Source of the DNA: Puccinia triticina
Taxonomy: Eukaryota
Reading direction: 5' to 3'
NCBI GenBank assembly: GCA_026914245.1
Contig: CP110439.1
Span: 3,472,001-3,536,000 of the forward strand
DNA length: 64,000 bases
Shown one piece after another: positions 51,165-62,308 of the stretch. Every line of letters starts with the position of its first letter. Position 1 is the first letter of the stretch. The notes beneath the pieces were generated by a model that saw only the letters and a program-made list of their open reading frames with translations, was not told the origin of the DNA and made no database searches. The translations under genes were made by a program, and so were the position numbers.

Positions 51165-51395
51165 TGCGCTAATCGATTTGCTTGATGATCTGAAACGGAA
51201 CGCGAAGCGAAATCAAGAGGCTCACGGCAGTGGCAACGTAATGCTTTTGACGAATGTAGATAGAAGCCCGGGAGGTGCACAATTGGAGGGACTTACTTCT
51301 AATCCCTTTTCCCTCGCCGCTGAACCCTAAAAAAAAACAGAAAAACTTTAAATGAAAACAAAGACCGCCAAGCGTCTCGAAACCGTCCAAATCGG

Positions 51396-51445
51396 CGAGA
51401 CTGTAAATCTTGAGGTCGCTGGTTCGATCCCGGCTCGGGGGACCA
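51396..51445 (+). other. 50-nt copy of the 3' part of mature tRNA-Tyr(GTA), forming the primer-binding site of unit 1
   Basis: Anticodon arm CGAGA-CTGTAAA-TCTTG, variable loop AGGTC, T arm GCTGG-TTCGATC-CCGGC, TCGGGGG-A-CCA, 2 nt from the LTR. Confidence 0.92.
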
Positions 51446-52450
51446 AATGAGGAACTCTGGCCGGTGCTAGGCCGGCAGCAGTTTGGGGAGGGGAAAGAAA
51501 GAAAAGAACCTGAGATGTGTATGCCCTCCGGGGTGATTGGCCGAAAAAGGAGCGCGGTGAGTCGTGTAGCGTTGGGGGAGGGGATGATTTTACAGCGGCT
51601 GGAGATGCGCGTCGGCGGATTTTGTTTTGAGAGAAAACCGGGGATACTGCCGGCGGAAGTGTGATCTATACCAGAAGATGAGGAAGATCGGCGTTTGCGG
51701 GGTAATGAACTTAAAAGGAGGAGAAACTTCGGGCAAACAGCTTGGCAAGACGTATATAACTTTGATTTTGATGGAGAGACTGAAAATTATGGTTCAGAGT
51801 AGGTCCATGCCGCTCCAAAGCCTGAGTTCAAACTGAACTCAAACCTTGGAGTTGGTGACATGTAGCAGACATCTCATCACAACCTAGCGCGCATGCGCGC
51901 GCTACATCAAGACAAGAAACAGAAACAAAACAAAAAAAAAGAACACAAAACAAACAACAAAAACCAACCCTTCTCATCCAAAACCCTAACCAACGCGCGC
52001 AGAATGAAAAAGAAAAATGACAACACTTGATGAAAAGAAAATTAACAGGAAAACCAAACCACTAACACAGAAACAAAGAAAAGAAAGGAGGAAGGAAAAA
52101 CCTGAAACGCCTTGAGGATGCGCGCCACGCCGCGCCACTGAATCTTGAGGAAGCCTTGAGGGCTGGGAACTTGAGGCCTTGATGTCTTGACTCTTGACGT
52201 CCTCCGGCGCGCGCCATGCGCGGCAAAAAGCTTGAGCCTCCGCGTGTACGAGATTGTCCACCACATCCACCCACGACTTGCAGTCTGTCCCTAGACTGCT
52301 CGTCCCATACCGTGCCTAAAGAAATCCAAGCCCTGAGAGAGAAAGAGAAACAAACCAGGCGCTCCCGTGGTGCTCACGAGCGTGGCAAGAAGTAGAGTTT
52401 TCGAAAATCGCGGTAGTAACTACCCGGGAGGTGCACACTTGGAGAGGAAC

Positions 52451-55400
52451 TTACTTGTGGTCAGCAACGTCCTCCCGGGAAAAGAACCTCTTCACTTGAT
52501 CCGCGGCGAAGCGGCGCTTGAGCTCCGTGCCGTCCAGTTCCGCCAAGACATAAGAACCGCCTTGAACCTGCTCCACGACGCGATACGGGCCGTTCCACCG
52601 ATGCGCAAACAACTGGCCCCACTGCACTTCCAGTGAGCGGTTGTAGGCGAGGACCTGATTGCCGGGCTTGAGTGGTTCGCGAATCTTCGAGCCTTGCTTC
52701 TCCTCCCAGTACCGGACCGAATCACCCCTAGCATCCATCATTTTCCTATAGGCGGCGCCGCGGGTCTCTTCGCTTCGCTCCAATTGCAGGGAGCGCGCGG
52801 CCAACAGATCCGCGGTAGTCTTGACCGAGTCCCAGTCCACGCCTAAATAAGATTCGATCTCCAGGTCCAAAGGAAGCACGGCCCGCTGGCCGAAAACAAG
52901 TTCATAGGGCGAATAGCCCGTGGTCCTTTTTGTTGAAATTCGGTCAGCAAACAACACCAAAGGCAAGAATTTGCGACAATTCTTGCCGCTTTCGCCCGCC
53001 ATCTTCACTAGAGCCGCCTTGAGGGGACCATGGCCGCGTTCCACCATACCTTGACCTTCAGGGTAGTAAGGCGTAGACACGCGATGCTGACCGGGTAGAG
53101 CTCGCAGCATGGCCGCCAACGCGCCGCCGAATTCAGAGCCGCCATCAGTAGAATAAGCTTGCGCCAGACCGTAGCGCATGGTCCAATGTTCCTGCAAAAA
53201 GGCAGCCACGGCCTCCGACGTCAATTTATTGAGGATCTTGGCTTCAACCCAGCCCGAGAAGTCGTCCCTTGCTACAATTAGGTACTTCGCGCCGCCAGCT
53301 TTCAGATGCACAGCGTCTAGAGCTACCCGCCCGAAAACTGTTGCTTCGCCCGTCGGATAACGCAACTCCTGCGGGCGGCGAAGGTCTTTCTTTTGACACG
53401 CCTCGCAACTCCGACACCATCTCGCCACCGCCTCCTTCAGGGGCGGCCACCAAAAGCGTTCAGACACGCGTCAATAAGTTTCCGTTGAGCCACGGTGTCC
53501 CAAGTCCTCATGAAGCTTCGTAAGAATCTCGCGCTGCTTCGTCAGCATTGTGACCACTATTCGAGGTAGGGGACTTCCTCTCTTCATGAGGCGTCCCGAT
53601 TGCAGAAAGAAATCCACCGATCGCCGCTTCATTGCTCGGAACTCCTTCGTATCCATCCCTACCGGCTTAAGTAAGGTCGCCAAGAAACGCTCCAAGTCGC
53701 GCCAGTACCCTTGTTGAAAGCCATTGTAAGAGTCTTCCGCGCTTAGCGTGTAAGAATGCCGCGGCTTGATGTGCGACTCATCCTCGTCAAAGTCTGAAGG
53801 AGGGTCAGATTCGTCATCCCCCTGCGGGCGGCGTGAGAGTCCGTCAGGCATGGTAAACGTCTTTCCAGGCCGGTGCACGATGTCGAACGAAAACAACTGA
53901 ATAAACGCAACCCAACGCGTCATAGGCGCGTTGGGAAGACTCGGGGCATTGATCATCTCGATCAGGGAGTGCGCATCCACTTGAAGCTCAAAGTGCTGGC
54001 CCCAAAGGACGGTCTGCAGCTTCTTTAAGACCCGGGCCACACCGCATAACTCGAGTTTTGGTTGCGAATACCGAGATTCGACGTCAGAGAACAATAGAGA
54101 TTCGTAAAGTGCCGGACGATCCAAACCCATCTGATCCTCCTGCGTAAGGACCGCTCCCGCCGCATGGAAACTGGAATCTACCGCGAGCTTGATCTTGCCC
54201 GCCTCCGGGCCGTAATCGATCTTCACTAGCACAATGTCCTGACCAACGATTGTCTTGAGCTTCTGAAACGCGGCCGTGCATTCAGCGGTCCAGTTCCATT
54301 CGGAGTCCTTCCGAGTTAAGCGTCGCAGCGGAAGACAAATCTCGGACAGCGCGGGGATAAAAATGCGCACGTAGACCACGACACCCAGAAATCCGCGAAC
54401 TTCAGTAGGGTTCATAGGAGTTGGCCAAGATAAAATCTTGTTTACTTTACTTTTGGCCATCTTCCGCCCTTCCTTGCACACGACATGCCCCACAATCTCA
54501 AGTGCCGGAACGCAAGCAGCCAATTTGGAGGCAGACACGGTCAGACCGGATTCTTCGATGCGGAAGAGAACCCTCTCGAGGGTAGTCGCATATTCCCAGA
54601 TAAAGCGCCGGATCCCAGGGTGCCACGTAAGCGTCTCATTCCCGTAGTCAGAAGCCGGGCCCTTAATGCCCCCATCATCAATAAATATTCCCGCATGATC
54701 AGGGATCTCATCCTGTAGTATCCAGACCATTTGCGCCTGGTATACCGCAACGGAATTTGTCGCTCCCTGCGGTAAACGTGTGAGCTGGAAACGTCCAAGC
54801 GGCGTGTCAAAGGTTGTAAGTGGACGAGATATGGGGTCCAGAGCACGCTCGTCGTAGCCGCCCATAATATCGCCCAAACTGTAACATGTTCGACCGGCGA
54901 AAGACTCAACAAACTCCTCCGTAGCAGGCGGAACACCCGCGTCTTTAATCGTCACCTTATTCAAAGGCTGCAAATCGTGGACGACTCGAATCTTGCCGTT
55001 ACTCTTGAGGACACAAAAGACCGGGGAGGTGTAACTCGACGTTGACTGTTTGTATAGTCCCGTATCTACTCGCTCGCGGACCACTCGGATGAACTCCTCG
55101 AGCTTGGCCGCCGGAATCGGGATTTTCTTTTTCTGCCACGGCTCATGTTCAACGACCGGTATAATATAAGGCATTCCGTACGACTCCTTCAACAGGCCGC
55201 GCTCTTGCTCCGTGAACGCTATGGACCGGTTGCGTTCAGCCAACACGTTTTTGATGAGATTCAGCTCATCTGACCACAACCACCCCGCAGGACCAAAGTT
55301 TACTACGGAAAGCTGATCTTCAGTCAATCGACCTTGTGGCGCAAAGGGTCCCGTTAATGATCTGGAGAGGCCGCAATGCGGGTCACGAGATAGAGACAGA

Positions 55401-56338
55401 CGACGCAGAGGGGGGTTGAGATTCTGAGGCATGGGCTGATTCACCGGCTTGATCTTCCTCGCCACCGGTTTGTATTTTGCCGCAAAGGGCAAAAAAGCTC
55501 CACCGCGCCAGGATTCCGCAAGTGCTATTTGAGCCCGCAAACCAAGGCCGCATTCCAACAGGCGCCATGTCCGGTGCTTGACGAGATCTTCAAAAGCGGC
55601 CTTCTCTGCGAGAGTGGAAAGAAACACCGGCGTTCTGCTCACAAGTGTGGCCCGAGGTAGGGTTTTCAACAACGATGTGGCATCTTGCCCGGAGGTGCAC
55701 AATTGGGAGGAACTTACTTTTGGTTCTCCCAATTCCCCCGTCATTCCAAAATACACAAATCCTCCTTCCGCCGCCAACCAATATACCGCTAGTTTCACCT
55801 CATCGCAGAGGATCTTTAGTTTTACCTCGTCGCGGAGGCTTGGGAGTTTAGACTCATCGCGGAGTATAGCTAGATTAATCTCGTTGCGGAGAACGTCATG
55901 AGACGTATCTAGTTTATTCTCATTACGGAGATGAGTAAGAACTGACGTTGGCGCTATTTTTCCCTCCTCGCGGAGGCGTGTTTGATAGATTGGAGGACCA
56001 CCTGGGATAGAAAGCCACGGAGATTCGACAGAAGGGCTCACATATGTGGCAGGTAATGTTTTGGACAACTTCAGAGCATCAAGCCTGGAGGTGCACAATT
56101 GGGAAGAACTTACTTCTGCTTCTCCCTGCCTCCGCGCGCACCCGTTTTCCTCCTTTCCAACCTTCACCGCTAGACCCTTGCCGAGATAGCCACACACTTG
56201 AAAAGACTTGCGAGAAACCTGAGAAAACTGTTGAGAGATGACAGGAGGATCCGAATTGACGAAAGGAAATGTTTTACTGAGTTTTGAGTATTTTTCGAAT
56301 GTTTTTTGGATTTTGACTGTTGATTTTCTTGATGACAA
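52451..56338 (-). pseudogene. pol of unit 2, same in-frame TGA (53471-53473)
   Basis: Translation identical to unit 1. Confidence 0.93.
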
Positions 56339-56453
56339 TGAAGCGAAAGGGGAAAAACGAGATAGCGCCCTTGAGTCTCCGAATACACAGTTGATTCCGC
56401 GGCTAGATCGTGAGACTCTATATTGAATCTGCCGCTCCCTGAATCAACCGATT

Positions 56454-58595
56454 CTACAAAAAATGCCGACCCTCCACCGGATCATCTCGCGCCTTCCCCT
56501 TGTGAGACAGCACCGCCTTCCTCCCATGGCCGGGAAATTCGCGCTCCCAGCGCCCTGTGTCGACAGAAGACAAAGAAATCTCGATCCTACGACCCGACGA
56601 ATCGGGAAGCAGAATGCGGTCTCCTACCCGCCCGTCGAAATTCAAGGTGGCGTTGAAGTCCATAAGAAAAGGGCGCCCAAAAATGACTGGGCCGTCCATT
56701 CGAGTGATCCAGAAGTGACACGAACCGATGATGGTCTTGCCCACTCGAATTGGGACATCTTCAGCTACGCCCACCAGTTCGCAGGCTTGATTGCCGATAC
56801 CGTAAACAGCTGAGCTAAAATTCACTCGAGGGCTAATATTAAGCTTGTTGGCCATAGAATCCAATATCAGATTCAACTGAGACCCAGAATCAATCAACGG
56901 ATGGGAGAGACCCTCCTCGTCACCTATGAAGCACGGCATGTGGCCCAATGGACAGGAATAAAGTCTCATGCCACTGATCTGACCATCGCCCTCGGAATCC
57001 TCCGCCAAAGTCCCAGAAGACACATGCATCTCGTCCGCTCCAACCTCGACACGCCTCCGAGATACCCATTTCTTCATCCCTTCCGCCACCGCCGGCGCCA
57101 CCGCCAACAATTCGGATACCGTAACGTTCGGCACCGAAAGATCGAACATCTTCTTAAGCATTCCGTCGACCGCGTTGGGGTGATCCTTGGCGATACCGCG
57201 CTCAAAGCGCACCTTAGGGGACGGGGATGTAGACTTGCGCGCTACTGTCTCGGCTGAACTCTCCTTCGTCAATTCTTCTTCCGAACCAGACTTACAAGGC
57301 GTCACTGGAATACGATCAAACAGTTCCGGTTCCGCACCCATATCCTCCGTGTCCGACCCGTTCTTAGGCGTTGTCGTCCTTCGCGCTGGCTTCCTCACGA
57401 CTGAAGGCGGTACCACAGGAGCCTTGAAGGGTTTCGGAGGCTCGTGCTTCTTTCGTGCCGGGTCTGACTGGTATGATCCAGAGAAAGACTGAGACGAGAT
57501 GGTTGGTGGCTGCCAAGGGTCCAAAGATCCACACGTCGCACGTAGCTCAGGCTCCTCAGCGTTACCCATCGCCGCTTTGGGCTGGTAGGATGCGACTACA
57601 TGCCGAATAGGTCGAGAGTTGTCGATAGGGATGAGGGCTCCATTAGGTAAAAAAAAACTACCACCTCTTTGCTCCACAAGCCTCGCCTCCTTGTCCTTCT
57701 GCAGCTCTGCGCATCGCCCCAAACCGTGCCCCTCCCTATGGCAGTAATAACACACCATAGGTCCTCGCGGCGTCGATGGTCGCGCCTGGTTGGCGAACTT
57801 CTGCTCCAAGCGTTGCTCGAACGACTGCAACATCCGTTCGATCTCATCCACCGTCGCCGGTGCCCTTGCCTGACTTGGGTCCTCCTTGGGACGACGATCG
57901 GTCTCCATCTTCTGCATCACGTCGTTCGCTTGCTTGAATTGGCCAGACTGGACCGGGACCTCGACGCGAGATCCTTCGAAAGTAAGTGCCGTCTGATTCT
58001 TCATCACTTCCTCCACGGCCTTCTTCAGGACATCAAACGTCGGCAACTTAAATCAGTTATCCTGGGTGGTAATCATAGTCTTGTCTCTGATTAGCTGCTC
58101 CCGGATCCTCTCCTGAAGACCTAGCAAAAAGGATTGATAATACAGCCGCTTGATCTCCTCGACAGAGTCGATGTGATCCTTACGAAGGAGGTACAATTGA
58201 ATAGGCTGCCACGCCTTGCGAAATTCTTGAAAATCGACGACCGATCTGATGCCACCCTTATCCTTCCATCCTTGAACTAGATCTTCCAAGTCCCTCGTTG
58301 TAAAGCGGGCCGTATCTATCTTGCCCCAGTGCGAAAGCATAGCGGCCTTGAGAGAGGTCCAGCTCGGGTGGTCGAATCCATCCAGGGTCTCGACAACATC
58401 CTTGACCTCAGCCGTGCGAAGAAAAAAGCGCACTTGCTGAGCCATATCAAACTCAGACGCTCCATTGATCCTGGCTGCCAATTGATAGTTGGCCAAGAAC
58501 CGCTCCACGTTGGTACCATCAAAACCTAAGGACTTGTCCTGCGGCTTAATCTTAACCATCCGACCTTCGGACGTTCCGGCCACTGGGTCCGCCAT
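56454..58595 (-). pseudogene. gag-protease of unit 2, same in-frame TGA (58053-58055)
   Basis: Translation identical to unit 1. Confidence 0.93.
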
Positions 58596-58826
58596 TGCGC
58601 TAATCGATTTGCTTGATGATCTGAAACGGAACGCGAAGCGAAATCAAGAGGCTCACGGCAGTGGCAACGTAATGCTTTTGACGAATGTAGATAGAAGCCC
58701 GGGAGGTGCACAATTGGAGGGACTTACTTCTAATCCCTTTTCCCTCGCCGCTGAACCCTAAAAAAAAACAGAAAAACTTTAAATGAAAACAAAGACCGCC
58801 AAGCGTCTCGAAACCGTCCAAATCGG

Positions 58827-58876
58827 CGAGACTGTAAATCTTGAGGTCGCTGGTTCGATCCCGGCTCGGGGGACCA
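58827..58876 (+). other. 50-nt tRNA-Tyr-derived primer-binding site of unit 2
   Basis: Identical to 51396-51445, adjacent to the 5' LTR at 58879. Confidence 0.92.
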
Positions 58877-59696
58877 AATGAGGAACTCTGGCCGGTGCTA
58901 GGCCGGCAGCAGTTTGGGGAGGGGAAAGAAAGAAAAGAACCTGAGATGTGTATGCCCTCCGGGGTGATTGGCCGAAAAAGGAGCGCGGTGAGTCGTGTAG
59001 CGTTGGGGGAGGGGATGATTTTACAGCGGCTGGAGATGCGCGTCGGCGGATTTTGTTTTGAGAGAAAACCGGGGATACTGCCGGCGGAAGTGTGATCTAT
59101 ACCAGAAGATGAGGAAGATCGGCGTTTGCGGGGTAATGAACTTAAAAGGAGGAGAAACTTCGGGCAAACAGCTTGGCAAGACGTATATAACTTTGATTTT
59201 GATGGAGAGACTGAAAATTATGGTTCAGAGTAGGTCCATGCCGCTCCAAAGCCTGAGTTCAAACTGAACTCAAACCTTGGAGTTGGTGACATGTAGCAGA
59301 CATCTCATCACAACCTAGCGCGCATGCGCGCGCTACATCAAGACAAGAAACAGAAACAAAACAAAAAAAAAGAACACAAAACAAACAACAAAAACCAACC
59401 CTTCTCATCCAAAACCCTAACCAACGCGCGCAGAATGAAAAAGAAAAATGACAACACTTGATGAAAAGAAAATTAACAGGAAAACCAAACCACTAACACA
59501 GAAACAAAGAAAAGAAAGGAGGAAGGAAAAACCTGAAACGCCTTGAGGATGCGCGCCACGCCGCGCCACTGAATCTTGAGGAAGCCTTGAGGGCTGGGAA
59601 CTTGAGGCCTTGATGTCTTGACTCTTGACGTCCTCCGGCGCGCGCCATGCGCGGCAAAAAGCTTGAGCCTCCGCGTGTACGAGATTGTCCACCACA

Positions 59697-62308
59697 CCGC
59701 TAGAGATTTCCTTTGGCGGCGGAGCCGAGGTCCATGCGTATCTCCTCCCTGCCTGTTGGGGGAGCTGTGGACTGTGTGGCTGAGGAGCAGGGAGTGCTGG
59801 TTGGGGCGGCAGCGGGACTGGGGAAGTTTGCGGGGGCTGCTGAGCAGATGGGCTACAGGAGCGAATGTCCTGGAGGATTCGGGAGATGTCTTGTTCCTCT
59901 AGGTCTAGCTCTGCTTGCGCCTGCGGGTCAGGTTGTCCATCATTCGGTAGGTCGTCTTCGCTGAAGGGGAGGGGATCCGAGGAGTTAAAGCTAGGCATCT
60001 TGTTTGGCCCGAGGGCCACATAGCTTTTGTTCAACGCTGGGCAGTCAGGGAAGTTAGCCTCATCAAAATGAACGTGCTTGGCGGTGATGATGGATCTATC
60101 TTCAAAGCGGTAAACTCGGTAGGATGAGTAATCGTTCGTGTATCCGAGCAAGAAACCCTCCCATGATATGGAACCGAACTTGGTCTCTCGCTTCTGCTTG
60201 GGTTTGACAATCCAGACTCGACAAACGAAAGGTCGGAAGAAGTTGATATCCGGTTTTGCTTTGAAGAGGAGCTCCAGAGGTGAGATTTTGCTTTTTGCCA
60301 ATGAGGGGAGGCAGTTAGTTGTGGCGGTTGCTGCTTGTACTGCCTCTGCCCACCATTCGGGAGCCAGATTGGCTTGCATGAGCAGACATCTTGTCATATC
60401 AATGATCGTCCTGTTCGCTTGTTCGGCGAGCCCATTGTTTTGGGGCGTGTAGGGAGGAGCAACGTTGTGCTGGATGCCCTCCGTCTTGAGGTACTCGCCC
60501 AGGGTTCCATTCACGAATTCACCGCCTCCATCGGTGATGATCTTCTTGAGGTTTTGACCGGTTTGTTTCTCAAAGAACGCCTTGAACTCGAGTATGGCTC
60601 GCGTGGCTTGTCCTTTGTCCTTAAGTATGACCGTGTGGATGTAGCCGGTGTATTGGTCAACCAAGGTCAGAAAGTAGCGGGCTCCTCCGTTTGTCGGAGG
60701 TGAGATTGGCCCGACCAGGTCGCCGTGGACTACGCTGAGTGGCGCGTCGGCCTCCTTGAACGTACCCGTGCATGGGAGACGAGTGAGCTTCCCCTGCATG
60801 CAGGCAGCGCAGGCATGCGTCTTCGTGAGATCAAATTTCTCTTGAGTGGCCTGAGCAATACAACCGGAGCTTGCGTGGCCCAGTCTATTGTGCCATTTCT
60901 GGAAGTCTGAGAGGTTAGTCACAGCCACCGTGGATAGGCTAGTCTCGGGGCTGGCGCCGAGGCGTGCGTCTGGTATCTCGAGCAGGTCGTTAGCGACGGA
61001 TACTGGGAACGGGTTGGAGTCATCGAGTTTCACTTCGAAAGCGCCGCCGTTTTGGCTGATGATCACTCGGCGGTCCATGAGTTGGACCAGGGAGATAAGG
61101 TTTCTTGATAGCTTGGGGACGTCAAGGGCTTCAGGGAGAGTCAAGACCTGGCCCGAGGACAGGCGAAGATGGGCTGTTCCCCTAGCTACTGCGGTCATTT
61201 CTGATTTGCCGCTTCCAGTGACAATGTTGATGTGAACCGGGATGGTGGTCGAAAAATAATCCAAGGAGTTGAGCATGTGGTTGCTCGCTCCTGAGTCTAG
61301 CACCGTGGATAGCGCTGCGCCATCGACTGAGGTGTTGTACATGAATGACGGCTTGGCTATTGCGGTGTGTAAGGCGTCTTCTTCGTCGTCTTTGTCCTCG
61401 TCATCAGCGGTGGCATGATATGCAGTGCACTGTTTCTTTGGCGGCCGTTCTTGCTGCTGGAGAGGCCTATCTGGCGGACGGGAGTTTGGATTGATAGTCC
61501 AGCAGTCAGCCTCGATGTGCGTGGTGGCCTTGGGGTTGTGTTTGCCATTGCTGCACCGGATGATTGGTCCTTTGGAGCTGGCATGTGGTCCTCCTTGCCT
61601 CTTGGGTTTTCGGCTTGGTCCGGTGGCGAGAGCGGTTGAGGAAGATTCGGCGTCTTCAACAAATTTTCTTTTGGTTGCCGTTTTGTGGCGGCCTATGTCA
61701 CGCAACTTGGCAATGATCTCCTTGGGTTTTGCCAGCGCCTTCAGATCGGTGAATAAGGCCTGCATAAGCATGGGTCGCCGCTTGGTGATTTTACCCACGA
61801 TACCGCAACCAACCAGAACGTCGGGAACCTTGAGACCGAGGGAGCTGAACTCGGCGAGACTTTCCTCCATTTTGACAATATAGGAATTCAGATCTTTGTT
61901 GTATTGGATATTGAGCCATTTGTTCCAAACCTGGAACACCGACAGGAGTGAGTCGGAGGCGTAGATGGTCTTGATGTCTGACCATATGGAGAAAGGGTCC
62001 TTCTCGTTCTCGTCATTGATAACGCTGGTGAAAATTGCGTTGGAGAGCGCTTCGCTTAGGATGCTGCAAGTTCGAAGGGCACCTTGGAGTTCTTCATTGT
62101 CCGGTTCTTTTGGTAAGGGCTCCTTGATGTAGGTCTCAAGTCGACGAGGTCTGAGATGCATTTTAATTTTCCTTTCCCATAGTGGGAAGTTGGTCCCGTC
62201 GAATTTGGGGACGTTGACATGATCCTTGTCTGGGCTGTACGCGTCACTTTTGGCCGGAGCTGGAGTGCGTTCAGTGCTGCTGCTCGGGCCTTGGTTTTGC
62301 GTGTTGGC
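59697..62308 (-). pseudogene. Copia gag, protease and integrase
   Basis: Open frame with CSNGKHNP...HIEADC knuckle, LDSGAS, WHNRLGH, VHGDLVGP, TDGGGEF, PQNNGLAE. Confidence 0.94.

Larger units (their letters stand above)
44018..59696 (-). mobile_element. Tandem dimer of a Ty3/Gypsy element with three LTRs (7431-bp period)
   Basis: LTRs 44018-44834, 51448-52265, 58879-59696; single 4-bp TSD CCGC around the whole array; removal restores Copia EISS-GIDTD; ORF tracks of the two units identical. Confidence 0.97.
40293..62308 (-). mobile_element. Ty1/Copia retrotransposon (host of three nested insertions; 5' end lies beyond the window)
   Basis: Segments 62308-59697, 44013-43630 and 42329-41069 join in frame: gag KFDGTNF, PR LDSGAS, IN HNRLGH..CAAC, RT HVDD, RH DADW; candidate 3' LTR 40293-41056 (TGTA...TACA, unpaired). 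Confidence 0.92.

Noticed and set aside
44902..51296. Known ribozyme or TPP riboswitch as identity of the repeated cassette
   Set aside because: By eye it lacks hammerhead CTGATGA/GAAA, HDV, twister and TPP core motifs; an Rfam search would be needed to exclude this formally
51370..51445. Functional tRNA-Tyr gene
   Set aside because: No 5' acceptor strand or D arm, encoded CCA and position beside the LTR identify it as a primer-binding site
59417..62161. 914-aa ORF as a real protein
   Set aside because: Chimera: the Copia frame reads by chance into the inserted Gypsy LTR after the CCGC TSD
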